Shown in pieces: positions 18,464-27,591 of a stretch of DNA of 64,000 bases. A model generated the notes under the pieces. It was given only the letters and a program-made list of their open reading frames with translations, was not told the DNA's origin and made no database searches. The stretch's first letter is position 1, and every line of letters starts with the position of its first letter. The stretch is from a virus (Duplodnaviria > Caudoviricetes), in the IMG/VR virus record IMGVR_UViG_3300025018_000147, positions 7,403-71,402 of that record; one strand, written 5' to 3'. Made by a program: the position numbers and the translations under genes.

Positions 18464-19036
18464 TTAGTCAATACTGCGAGTAGCTGCCTGCAACGCAGCT
18501 AATTCGTGCAATTCTTTCTGTGTGAGTGAGGGAAGAACCACTACATTGAACTCCTTAATCAGCTTCCCTCTACGAGTCTTACTACCTGTTTTCGGGTCAG
18601 TGACAGTGTAAAATACCTGACACTGCCGATCCAATAAATACTCGTAAATGACATGTGGGATGTGATAACCTGCTTCTTGATTGAAAGGTACGAATTTCTT
18701 AGCAGTGCCTATAACTCTATTGGATATGGTAAATATTTCACCTTCCCAGAGTTGCTTATTAGGGTTCATACAATTGACTACTACTCGTACTAATTTCAGT
18801 GCTTCCTGGCGTTTTCTATTGGCTACTTCCTGAGTAGTTTCTTTTATTGGATTAGGTTGTACCGCAGTATCAGCAGCTTCTTTTATAGCTTTCGCTTCAG
18901 CCATGGCAGTCAAAAGTCTTTCTCTGAGTTTGGTAACACCAATACTCGGATGGTATTCCAGTCCCATTATATCAGCTTGTTCTTTCAAGAGAAGTAGCTC
19001 TTCATTCTCTACTTCAAGAGTATTGGTTTCAGGCAT
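18464..19036 (-). CDS. N4 gp55-like protein
   Basis: LLKEQADIMGLEYHPSIG..KLRE; LVRVVVNCMNPNK..WEGEIFT motifs; synteny. Confidence 0.75.
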   Translation of the reverse strand: MPETNTLEVENEELLLLKEQADIMGLEYHPSIGVTKLRERLLTAMAEAKAIKEAADTAVQPNPIKETTQEVANRKRQEALKLVRVVVNCMNPNKQLWEGEIFTISNRVIGTAKKFVPFNQEAGYHIPHVIYEYLLDRQCQVFYTVTDPKTGSKTRRGKLIKEFNVVVLPSLTQKELHELAALQAATRSID

Positions 19037-19066
19037 TGGTAGTTCCTTTTAATATATATATGAAAG

Positions 19067-19092
19067 AGTCCTCCCTGTTGCCAGGGAGGACG
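19067..19092 (-). terminator. Terminator downstream of the major capsid gene
   Basis: gtcctccctg-ttgc-cagggaggac 10-bp stem. Confidence 0.7.
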
Positions 19093-19110
19093 AGATTATA
19101 AAACGTGCTT

Positions 19111-20577
19111 TTACTGCTCGGCGACAGTCTTGATCAGACCAATACGTTCAGGACGTAAAGCCATAAAACCATAAAACCATTTGATCGACATAAATCCTTC
19201 TTCACCAAAAGGATTGGTTTTGTCGGCAACAGCTTCACCTGGTTTTTTATGGAAGATGCGGAATTTTACAGTTTTACCGTCTGTCTGAAAACCAATGGTA
19301 GTAAAAGAACCCTCACCAACAGTCAGCATGGGGAAAACATCATATCGACCGTTTGTTGCGCTATAGCCAGCATTGACTCCCTCGGCAGCACCAACACCTG
19401 CCCAGTGAAGCATCTCAGGAACGACACAGATACGGAAGGGTCCAATAGTACCAATCTCACCGTTCAGCGTTGTACCGCCGGAAGAATAATGTTGCACCGC
19501 AGTGAAGGCGGGTTCATCGAAATAATCCTTCATCTTCTCGCATACAGATTGCAGTTCAGAACCAATATACATAACCCGTGCAGCAGGAATGGTTTTGGTA
19601 TCAATCAAGCGAGTACCGGTAATAACTTTAGTTTGCTTCGGTGTACGGTTGTTATCCAACTCCAAGGACAAACGTTTAATATCAGCGTAATCCACCAGAG
19701 TAAGATCAGCAGCAACACCAGAGATAGTGGCATTATTGGTAGCAGCACCGGCATAACGTACCGTACCAGCAGAGTTGAGCAGATCAATCTGCAGAGCATC
19801 TTCCGTCATCTCGGCGGCACCATTGAGCATCTCACGATGAATATGCATTTCCAGCTCTTCATCGGTGTCAAAGTTGAGACTGTCTTCGGTGTACTCTTCA
19901 AAGAAACCAAACTTCTCAAAGGTACCTTCCAGGTCTAAACGTTTAAAACCAACCCGGTTAACCCGTCCACCAGTCTCGGAGAGTGCGGGAAGTTTAGAGG
20001 TAATGGTACCAATATCTTTGGAAGAACCATAAAGATTACCTGAACCCTGTTGCAGAGTAACACCAAGGTTTAGATCAACAACAACAGTAGCTTTAGCAAT
20101 AGTGGCATACTTCACATTACTCTGAGACATAGTGATAGTTGCATAACCCGTACCACCACTGTCGTCAGCTCCAGCAACAGCAACAATTCGTGCAGCACCG
20201 GCATCATCAATGTTGTCATTGATAGCAGCGGTGGCAGCTACTTTTGTAATGTTGGTTACCTTAAGGACTGCGGGTACAAGTAAACCACTGGAAATTTCTG
20301 TAGGAAATTGGGCAAAATATTGCGTGCTAAGAATAGTTATACCGGCTGCATCAATACCCTGATCATTGATGTTACGCTCATCGAGCATAGGCATGTAATG
20401 ATAGAGTTTGATTTTCTTACCAAAGTGCTTGGGCATATTGGTAACGTCAGCAAGCTGAGAGAAAAACTGGACTTTTTTCTGCTCAATAAGTGCGGTCTTT
20501 CGATAGAAATCGGTACGAATCTGTGATCCAATCGTCGAAGGCGCACCATTGACGGGATCATTATAAATCTGGGACAT
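19111..20577 (-). CDS. Major capsid protein (N4 gp56-like)
   Basis: F.QLADVTNMPKHFGKKIKLYHY.P.LD; ETGGRVNRVGF; KPG...AD..NPFGEEGFMSIKWFYG motifs. Confidence 0.92.
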   Translation of the reverse strand: MSQIYNDPVNGAPSTIGSQIRTDFYRKTALIEQKKVQFFSQLADVTNMPKHFGKKIKLYHYMPMLDERNINDQGIDAAGITILSTQYFAQFPTEISSGLLVPAVLKVTNITKVAATAAINDNIDDAGAARIVAVAGADDSGGTGYATITMSQSNVKYATIAKATVVVDLNLGVTLQQGSGNLYGSSKDIGTITSKLPALSETGGRVNRVGFKRLDLEGTFEKFGFFEEYTEDSLNFDTDEELEMHIHREMLNGAAEMTEDALQIDLLNSAGTVRYAGAATNNATISGVAADLTLVDYADIKRLSLELDNNRTPKQTKVITGTRLIDTKTIPAARVMYIGSELQSVCEKMKDYFDEPAFTAVQHYSSGGTTLNGEIGTIGPFRICVVPEMLHWAGVGAAEGVNAGYSATNGRYDVFPMLTVGEGSFTTIGFQTDGKTVKFRIFHKKPGEAVADKTNPFGEEGFMSIKWFYGFMALRPERIGLIKTVAEQ

Positions 20578-20609
20578 GGGTAAATCTCCTTATAAATTCA
20601 ATGAGGTAG

Positions 20610-21734
20610 TTATTTATATTTTGTAAAGTTTGAAACAGACATCTTACTGAACTCGTCATCAGACATGCCCAGTGGACTAATTTTTGGAACTGCCGTGGAA
20701 GAAGCCGGTTTACCCGAGGTAATTGCCGCTGCTTTCTTTTGGTTTTTCCGTTGTTCATCTACTTTCTCCTGCCCGTGATTGGCATTGACTGTAGCAGGTG
20801 CCACTGGATTGAGTTGCCCTTGTGCATGGAGGTAATCTCCCACGGTTTTATAGGCTTCAATATCAGACACGCCTTTCAGCTTACCAAAGCTACGCGCTCT
20901 AATTACTTCGCTATATACCTTGTCGAATACACCGTTACCTATCTGCTCATTGATTATTGAAATAATGTGAGGATTAGTAGCGATAGCGTTACGACTGGCG
21001 TCATCCCAGGTTTCAGAAATAACAGAGAGAGTTTTACTATAGGAAGGGGTATCCTGGATTGACTCCAGTACCTCATCCAGTATCATCTCTGTTTCACTAA
21101 CCTGTGCCGCTTGAGGTGTATAGTTATTCTCTGCATCCGTATCGATAGCCATGGGATCAATACCACTGTCCTTGACCATCTTCGTGATTGCATCAGGATT
21201 CTTATTATTCAGATCAATAAGGAAATTGATCTTGGTTTCATTAAGTAAACCGTGTTTTTCCAGTGTCTTGACTATTTTTAATGCTGGTTTAAGACTAGCC
21301 ATCTTCTTTTCATACCCAGCACCCTTTTGCATCAGAGTAATAATCTCTTCACTGTTATTGACCTGCATCATCATGCCATTGGCTTTGAATGGTGCAGTCA
21401 ATTTGTCATATTCAGCTTTATAATTAATTGTTGAATCTGTCTTAGTATCTTCTCCGACAGGGTCAACTTTATCCCCTGTTGGTTTAGCAATTTTGGGGAC
21501 TTCAATGTCAGGATCAACTGTTGTCGTGTCGGAAACCTCCGAATTATCAGCAGGATCACTGTCGTCACTATCATCGGACTTAACAATAACAGGGTCAGTG
21601 TCATTAATGGTCACGTCAGTAGAAGTTTCATCGGCAACTACAGGTGTAGGCATAGCGAGAAAATCATCATCAGATAAACCAAGAACACTCTCTTCAGGAA
21701 TCTCTTCTTCTTCTTTATCCAAAGTATCGCTCAT
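20610..21734 (-). CDS. N4 gp57-like protein (acidic N-terminus; scaffold or tape-measure-like)
   Basis: Y..LTAPFKANG..MQV...II.LMQKGAGYEKKM..LKP motif; lies between capsid and portal. Confidence 0.75.
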   Translation of the reverse strand: MSDTLDKEEEEIPEESVLGLSDDDFLAMPTPVVADETSTDVTINDTDPVIVKSDDSDDSDPADNSEVSDTTTVDPDIEVPKIAKPTGDKVDPVGEDTKTDSTINYKAEYDKLTAPFKANGMMMQVNNSEEIITLMQKGAGYEKKMASLKPALKIVKTLEKHGLLNETKINFLIDLNNKNPDAITKMVKDSGIDPMAIDTDAENNYTPQAAQVSETEMILDEVLESIQDTPSYSKTLSVISETWDDASRNAIATNPHIISIINEQIGNGVFDKVYSEVIRARSFGKLKGVSDIEAYKTVGDYLHAQGQLNPVAPATVNANHGQEKVDEQRKNQKKAAAITSGKPASSTAVPKISPLGMSDDEFSKMSVSNFTKYK

Positions 21735-21737
21735 GAT

Positions 21738-22085
21738 CTATGCTTCCTCGGCAAGAATTGCTTCTCTAGCTTGTTCATTATCCAGAATAGCCTTTTGTGC
21801 CTCTTCTGCTAGGCGCTGTATTGCCATGAGAAATTGTGAGAATTCGCCTACTGCGGCAATACGTCGCTGCAGTCCTGCCTGAACATCCGGATGCTTATTT
21901 GCCGGAGAAGCTAAAGCATGTACAATGCGTACCACTTCATCCTTCATGTAGTGCTCAATAATAACTTTCTTAAAATCTCTATTTTTATACAGACGCTCTA
22001 TACTCTCCAAGAGAGCAATTTGTTCCTTAGCGTGTTCAATAGAGATATCAATGTATTCAATCTGTTCTGCTGGTGTTATGCTCAT
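21738..22085 (-). CDS. N4 gp58-like protein
   Basis: L.RL..NRDFKKVI...Y..DE motif; synteny. Confidence 0.7.
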   Translation of the reverse strand: MSITPAEQIEYIDISIEHAKEQIALLESIERLYKNRDFKKVIIEHYMKDEVVRIVHALASPANKHPDVQAGLQRRIAAVGEFSQFLMAIQRLAEEAQKAILDNEQAREAILAEEA

Positions 22086-22132
22086 GTAGTTCCTTGTGTC
22101 CTCTCAATGTGAGATAGAGAGATAGTTAGAGT

Positions 22133-24316
22133 TTATGCTTTAGCTGGCTGTGTTTGCTCTTTCAACGCAGCTTCTATAATTTTGGTTTGAGCTTGAGCCT
22201 TGGACTGTTCCCGCATCTTCTGCAGATCACGTTCTTGTTTAACTCCTGCTTCTTGCTCGACATAATCAAGATCCTGCAGATCGCTACCACTCATCAGGTG
22301 TCTTGCCTTGGCTTGTTCAGTAGCGGTCTTGGCTTGAGTAAGAGCAATTTCTGCCTGCTTGAGCATGGCTTCAATCTGCGTAAGACCGGCACTGGCAGCA
22401 TTGTCCTGAGCAATGGAGGCTTCCTTCTGTGCCTGAGCTTCGAGTAAAGCCAGTTCCAATTCCTGCTTCTTCTGCAGCATGGGATCTGGTTTAGGCTCAT
22501 ATTCACGAATGGACTTGGCTAGATCAGGCATCTTCCGCAGGACAGCAATATCAGAGAGAATCATCCGAGATAATTCCGGGTCCATGTTATTACCCATGGT
22601 CTGCAGCATGAACGCCAATTCCTTGGCTTTCATATCATCTTCTTCCGCAGTGGTAATAGTTAGCTTGAGATCAAAGTTACCTGCTAAATCATCACGACGA
22701 ACAGAAGTGTATTCTTCCTCGGAGATACGGACTATCTCTTCATCAGAGAGAAAGACCGCATTGAGGCTGATAATCTTTCGACCAATAGCAATGATTCCCG
22801 CAGCCAATCTTCTGAGGATAGTTAGCTCACGCTTGGCTGCTGCATCGAGGACACCTTTGATACCAGTAGCCACGTCACCAAGAGCGGCACTATTGATACC
22901 ACTACTAAATGCCTTTACCCCGGAAAAGGACTCTGCCTCGTTATTCTGCATGGAGATCATGTTATAGGCGGACTGAGGGATCTCCGGATAGTTATGTTGA
23001 AACACTCCTAAACGCGGGTCAACATTACCGTTGAACTCGTAGTCCAGGCCATTCTTGTATTTTCGTGCATTACCAATATCAAGAAAGTCCTTCCGCATAC
23101 CAGTTTGACCAGCAGCGGCTTTACCCATGAGATCAATCATTCCTCTGGTTACCGCACCAATAATCTTTTGATTATCAATAAGTAATTCACAGTCGGGTTC
23201 TCCATAAGATGACCTGCGAACAGGTAGTAATTGTGCAGCTACAAAGGGTAGTTTTTTATCAGGAAATGGGCTCTCTTCCATACGGATCAATGTTGAACCA
23301 ACCCAAGTAGCAACAATGGGTACTGTTCGACCTGTCTTATGAATATCCCAGAATCCCCAATATTCCCGAGCAACAAATTTGACTCTTGCATCATCCTTGA
23401 ATTCAAAGGAAGTATTATCCTCACCTTCCTTGTAATCCGGATGTGCTAAAGGAGACTCACTTCCTTGAACTATCTTCTCAATATTGAAATATCTCCCCGC
23501 TTTAATTAATTCCGCTTTGGAAGTTTCAAAAGAGAAGATAATGAAATTGGCTTTCTCAAGATTACCCTGACAGGTAGGATCAAGAACGATGTTCTCTAAA
23601 TCACAAACATCCAGCGTAGGTTTATTGACTGTCTCAACAGTCTTGGTTTCAACAGTAGTACCTGTCTGTTGTGGAATAACCACCTGACCTTGTGTAAAAA
23701 GAATCTCTAAAGCCTTCTCAATACCAGGATTACTATATTTTTCATATTCAGCAGGATTGCTTTGTTTCAGAGCAATGAGCGCGGTGTATTGCTGTAGGGC
23801 AGTTCCGGACATATCCGGAATAAATTCATAGGTTGGTATTTCTTCCTCAACTTCTTCTTCTTCCGTCTGCCAGCCTACTCTGACAATAACCGTACCTTCA
23901 TCAACAGCAGATCGAACGTAGTCATCAATAAAACGAACTTTATCAATCTGAGTATTGAATTGATTATTCAGGATCAAACCATTCTGATAGGCCCTCTCCC
24001 GATCATCTCTGGTTTGCGGTGATACCTTGAATAAGTTCTCCGCACTGAGAAAAGGTTCCGATAATGAGGGGTATTTCCACTCTGCCTGTTTTCGTATAGT
24101 TTTTGGTTGAACAGTTGATCTCGTTGTAGACGGTGCCATCTTAACCGCACCACGAATATATAAATGATCCAGCCAGGTCTTTACTTTGGATATCTGCGTT
24201 GCATGTTCTACTTGAGCATCAGTGAGATTCTGTTTCAACTCAGACAATTTTGGCGGATTTTCCCAACCTGTATCAATGTCAGTATCTTCTGTATTCAGAT
24301 CGTCGTATTCAGCCAT
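22133..24316 (-). CDS. Portal protein (N4 gp59-like)
   Basis: WENPPKL.ELKQ; IRKQAEWKY.SLSEPFL; FIDDYVR.AVDEGTVIVRVGW motifs; 727 aa. Confidence 0.92.
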   Translation of the reverse strand: MAEYDDLNTEDTDIDTGWENPPKLSELKQNLTDAQVEHATQISKVKTWLDHLYIRGAVKMAPSTTRSTVQPKTIRKQAEWKYPSLSEPFLSAENLFKVSPQTRDDRERAYQNGLILNNQFNTQIDKVRFIDDYVRSAVDEGTVIVRVGWQTEEEEVEEEIPTYEFIPDMSGTALQQYTALIALKQSNPAEYEKYSNPGIEKALEILFTQGQVVIPQQTGTTVETKTVETVNKPTLDVCDLENIVLDPTCQGNLEKANFIIFSFETSKAELIKAGRYFNIEKIVQGSESPLAHPDYKEGEDNTSFEFKDDARVKFVAREYWGFWDIHKTGRTVPIVATWVGSTLIRMEESPFPDKKLPFVAAQLLPVRRSSYGEPDCELLIDNQKIIGAVTRGMIDLMGKAAAGQTGMRKDFLDIGNARKYKNGLDYEFNGNVDPRLGVFQHNYPEIPQSAYNMISMQNNEAESFSGVKAFSSGINSAALGDVATGIKGVLDAAAKRELTILRRLAAGIIAIGRKIISLNAVFLSDEEIVRISEEEYTSVRRDDLAGNFDLKLTITTAEEDDMKAKELAFMLQTMGNNMDPELSRMILSDIAVLRKMPDLAKSIREYEPKPDPMLQKKQELELALLEAQAQKEASIAQDNAASAGLTQIEAMLKQAEIALTQAKTATEQAKARHLMSGSDLQDLDYVEQEAGVKQERDLQKMREQSKAQAQTKIIEAALKEQTQPAKA

Positions 24317-24528
24317 TGTCTCTTCACGTAAAGTTCACATTAATTGCAGATAAATAATCAATTAGTGTGAGTTTAATATGTTAGAATACAAATAGCAACA
24401 TAGCTATATAAATAATTTAAGATTAAACCAAAAAAGATTAATCTTCTGGCACTTATTAAATTGGAGTGGTAATTTAATTCTGCGGTTATTATTGGATCGT
24501 TAACTTCAGATTAATTCTATTTAAGGAT

Positions 24529-25266
24529 GTGCACATGCCGAAGAGGAAATCCTTTGTTCGAGAAACGCGCGCTACTAAACAAGAGCGTAACTTCAATCCT
24601 CCTGCACCACTAATACCAAAGAATCCCACCCAGAGAGAGTACATACAGGCTATCTATGACTACCCCATAGTTATTGCTACCGGCTATCCAGGCACTGGAA
24701 AAACCTATATACCTGCAAGAATATCGGCACAAATGTTCAATAAGAACGCTATTAATAATATCGTTCTCAGTAGACCTTCCGTATCTACTTCAGCTTCTAT
24801 TGGTTTTTTCAAGGGAACCAAGAATGAGAAGATGCTCTCCTGGTTAGCACCAGTACTCGGAGCACTTCGGGAAGAACTCTCTCCAGCACAACTAGAATAT
24901 ATGATGAAAGACGAGGTAGATCAGATGGTCTTCTGTCCTTTAGAAACTATCAAGGGTCTTAGTTGGAAGAGAAGTTTTATCATTATTGATGAAGCAGAAG
25001 ATCTTACCCTGAAAGAATTACGTTCCATACTTACACGAATAGGGAAATCCTCCACTGTTGTACTCTGTGGAGATATGGATCAAACTGACGTACATAATCC
25101 AGGATTATGCCAGCTTCTGGCGATACTCCTAAATGACCCACAAATGCAGTCAGCGGTTAAACATATTCATTTTGATAGACCAGATGAGATTGTCCGTTCC
25201 CCGGCCTGTAAGGAAATAGTATTAGCGTTTGAACGTTATAATACGCAGCTTAAACGAGCTGCTTAA
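24529..25266 (+). CDS. phoH: PhoH family ATPase
   Basis: ATGYPGTGKTY Walker A; GFFKGT..EKM..WLAP; IIIDEAEDLT; GDMDQTD. Confidence 0.9.
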   Translation: MHMPKRKSFVRETRATKQERNFNPPAPLIPKNPTQREYIQAIYDYPIVIATGYPGTGKTYIPARISAQMFNKNAINNIVLSRPSVSTSASIGFFKGTKNEKMLSWLAPVLGALREELSPAQLEYMMKDEVDQMVFCPLETIKGLSWKRSFIIIDEAEDLTLKELRSILTRIGKSSTVVLCGDMDQTDVHNPGLCQLLAILLNDPQMQSAVKHIHFDRPDEIVRSPACKEIVLAFERYNTQLKRAA

Positions 25267-25284
25267 ACCAAGAGGAAATACCCT

Positions 25285-25677
25285 ATGCAACGCGGAAATG
25301 TGCTCGATGAAGCAAAAACTATTATCAACGGTTACAGGCAAGACACCTACGGTAACCCAGAAGATTCTTTCCATACTATTGGCGAGATGTGGAACAGTTA
25401 TATCAACGCTAAATATCCTGGGAATAACAGTAGTATCACTGCAAAGGATGTTGCCTTGATGATGACTCTCTTTAAAATTGTCCGTGAAGCTGGACAAGGC
25501 AAGAAAGATAACCTGGTTGATGCGGCAGGATATATTGGTATTGCCGGAGATTTCTATAACGAGGAGGAACCACATAAAACTGCAGCACCTTCTTCGTTTA
25601 TAAAACAGGACGAGTTTCAAACTTTACAGAAGACGTATGATCGCTTTGTTGAAGAGGAGGTAGTAAATTATGGGTGA
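25285..25677 (+). CDS. DUF6378-like phage protein (putative nucleotide-metabolism fold)
   Basis: L.EA..IING.RQ..YGNPEDSF..I..MW..Y....DVA.MM.L.KI.R....DN..D.AGY pattern. Confidence 0.75.
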   Translation: MQRGNVLDEAKTIINGYRQDTYGNPEDSFHTIGEMWNSYINAKYPGNNSSITAKDVALMMTLFKIVREAGQGKKDNLVDAAGYIGIAGDFYNEEEPHKTAAPSSFIKQDEFQTLQKTYDRFVEEEVVNYG

Positions 25678-26035
25678 TCTCTCGGCAAATTTTAGTAAAA
25701 AGGAATTTGCCTGTAAGTGTGGCTGTGGCATGATTACCATGCATCCTGGAATTATACCTATATTACAGGATCTTCGTGATCATTTTGGAAGAATACAGAT
25801 TGTGAGTGGGAATAGGTGCAGGGTGCATAATACCCGTGTAGGCGGTGCACCACGTTCGTATCATATGCTAAGTATGGCCGCTGATTGTAAGTTTCTTGAT
25901 CTAGAAGAAACTCTACCAAAAGCGGCGTATGAATATGCTTGTATTACATATGAGGGAAAATGTGGATTTATATTGTACCCTACTTTCCTTCATGTGGATA
26001 TCCGCATACATCCATATCGAAAAATACAGATTTAA
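25670..26035 (+). CDS. Peptidase M15A family, probable endolysin
   Basis: NFSKKEFACKCGC; SGNRC..HN..VGGA..SYH...AAD; FLHVDIR Zn ligands. Confidence 0.85.
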   Translation: MGDLSANFSKKEFACKCGCGMITMHPGIIPILQDLRDHFGRIQIVSGNRCRVHNTRVGGAPRSYHMLSMAADCKFLDLEETLPKAAYEYACITYEGKCGFILYPTFLHVDIRIHPYRKIQI

Positions 26036-26072
26036 ACCAACAAGCCCCAACCATTACGGAAGGGGCTTGTTT

Positions 26073-26432
26073 CTACTTTAGCGCTTCTAATTTAGAGGGC
26101 ATTCTCACTTCCAATCCCATTGCCCTCTTCACATCATTGACACTTTGCACTAAGTACTCATTTTGCATTTTTGAGGTAGCAGCAATAATATTTAAATTAT
26201 TAATATCACCTCGATTAACAATAGTAATACTCGCTAAAGTACCAATGGTACTTATGGCAAGTATAGCTCCAGTGAGAATCCATTTCACTTGAAGCTGCAT
26301 CTTAAGACAAACAGGACAATTATGAGGGCAAGCTCCTGCGGGTGTAGTATCCGTTATCCGTCGCCCATAGTTATCATCCATTGCATCCTGCTGTTTTTGT
26401 ACACTGTGCATACACCGTGTAATCCATAACAT
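26073..26432 (-). CDS. Single-TM membrane protein (lysis-cassette position); true start probably MDDNYGRR
   Basis: One hydrophobic helix followed by a coiled-coil tail. Confidence 0.5.
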   Translation of the reverse strand: MLWITRCMHSVQKQQDAMDDNYGRRITDTTPAGACPHNCPVCLKMQLQVKWILTGAILAISTIGTLASITIVNRGDINNLNIIAATSKMQNEYLVQSVNDVKRAMGLEVRMPSKLEALK

Positions 26433-26517
26433 TCACCTAATAGAAATTAATACTAAACCAATAAAATAAACTACTCTTAGTTTACAAATTAAAGTGCTAT
26501 TAAGCAAGACTTGCTCC

Positions 26518-26751
26518 TCAGTACCACTGCTGTAAATATGTCTTTATTCGCCATATCCAGCCAAAAGAACGAACCAAAACATACATACTTTTAGCTACCT
26601 CTTTAGAGGTATGTCGTAATAAACACGTATAGAATATCTCGTCGGCTGCTTTACGTGAAACACTTAAATCCGCATATAATTCATCGTGCAGACAACAGCA
26701 GTCCTGCACTTCGGCACTGACACTGTTTTTAGGTATAAGCGAGCAGCACAT
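26518..26751 (-). CDS. DUF1353/phospholipase A2-like small protein
   Basis: CC.LHDELY...RK.ADEIF...L.......MY..VRSFG pattern. Confidence 0.6.
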   Translation of the reverse strand: MCCSLIPKNSVSAEVQDCCCLHDELYADLSVSRKAADEIFYTCLLRHTSKEVAKSMYVLVRSFGWIWRIKTYLQQWY

Positions 26752-27027
26752 TTACTTAGCCTTGAGCTTCACGACAGCAGCTTCCAGAGCAAGATTGATC
26801 ACAGAAGCAGTCATCTGAATACCCTCATTAGCCAATCTCTGAGTGATGATGCCCAGAGCAGCATCCCTTTTAGCTGCTCCCGGTTGACCCTGCATGTCTG
26901 TTGCTACTGCCTGAACTGCCTGCATACTGGCGTGGATGAGTAGAGTACCTCCCTGAGCCATCAATACTTTGATGAAAGGTTGAAGGAACGACCACACACC
27001 TGACATAATAAATTTAAACTTATCCAT
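26752..27027 (-). CDS. Holin-like protein (LL-H-type)
   Basis: KR..A...I...L...GI......IN..LEAAV..LK pattern. Confidence 0.55.
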   Translation of the reverse strand: MDKFKFIMSGVWSFLQPFIKVLMAQGGTLLIHASMQAVQAVATDMQGQPGAAKRDAALGIITQRLANEGIQMTASVINLALEAAVVKLKAK

Positions 27028-27295
27028 TGTCTTTCATCCCTATTTTCTTTGTCGTGGCTACCGTCAGGTAGCCGTTTACACCGGCAAGTCCGGTAGCTAT
27101 CCAGCCAGCTACAGCAACAAGCTGATCCGTGGTGAAATACACATCCGGCCACATAAGCTGAACCAATGAAACCAATAAACCTAAGATAACTGCCAAGGCA
27201 TTACCGGTAGCTTGAATATTCTTCCAACCGGTAACATTTTTCAGCTCCTGTCCGGCATGCAGTGCTGGCAGTATTTTCAGCAAAATCTTCCACAT
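27020..27295 (-). CDS. Holin-like 2-TM protein
   Basis: Two hydrophobic helices and a basic C-terminus; lysis-cassette context. Confidence 0.5.
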   Translation of the reverse strand: MWKILLKILPALHAGQELKNVTGWKNIQATGNALAVILGLLVSLVQLMWPDVYFTTDQLVAVAGWIATGLAGVNGYLTVATTKKIGMKDNG

Positions 27296-27438
27296 ACTAT
27301 CTCCTTACTAATTTCTTGATCCATTTACGTAATACAGTCAGAGTTACAGTGTAACGTACCAGATACTTAATCGGTCTATAATTGGGTCCGCTATCCATAC
27401 GGTAATGAATATCATCCACTGGGTCAGTATTCGTCGGT

Positions 27439-27591
27439 TTAGTCACGCTTCTCGGTAAGTTCTTTAATAGTTGCTTCAAGTTGTTTGATCTTTTGCTGGT
27501 ATTGAGCTGCTTCTACATCCCGGACGACAACCAATTCACCTATTTTTTGTAAGAGTAATTCAGGGGATACATGTTGTTTTTCTTGGTTCAT
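27439..27591 (-). CDS. Small coiled-coil protein (50 aa), not in the ORF track
   Basis: Manual translation MNQEKQHVSPELLLQKIGELVVVRDVEAAQYQQKIKQLEATIKELTEKRD; overlaps the tail fibre stop; RBS aagga. Confidence 0.55.
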   Translation of the reverse strand: MNQEKQHVSPELLLQKIGELVVVRDVEAAQYQQKIKQLEATIKELTEKRD

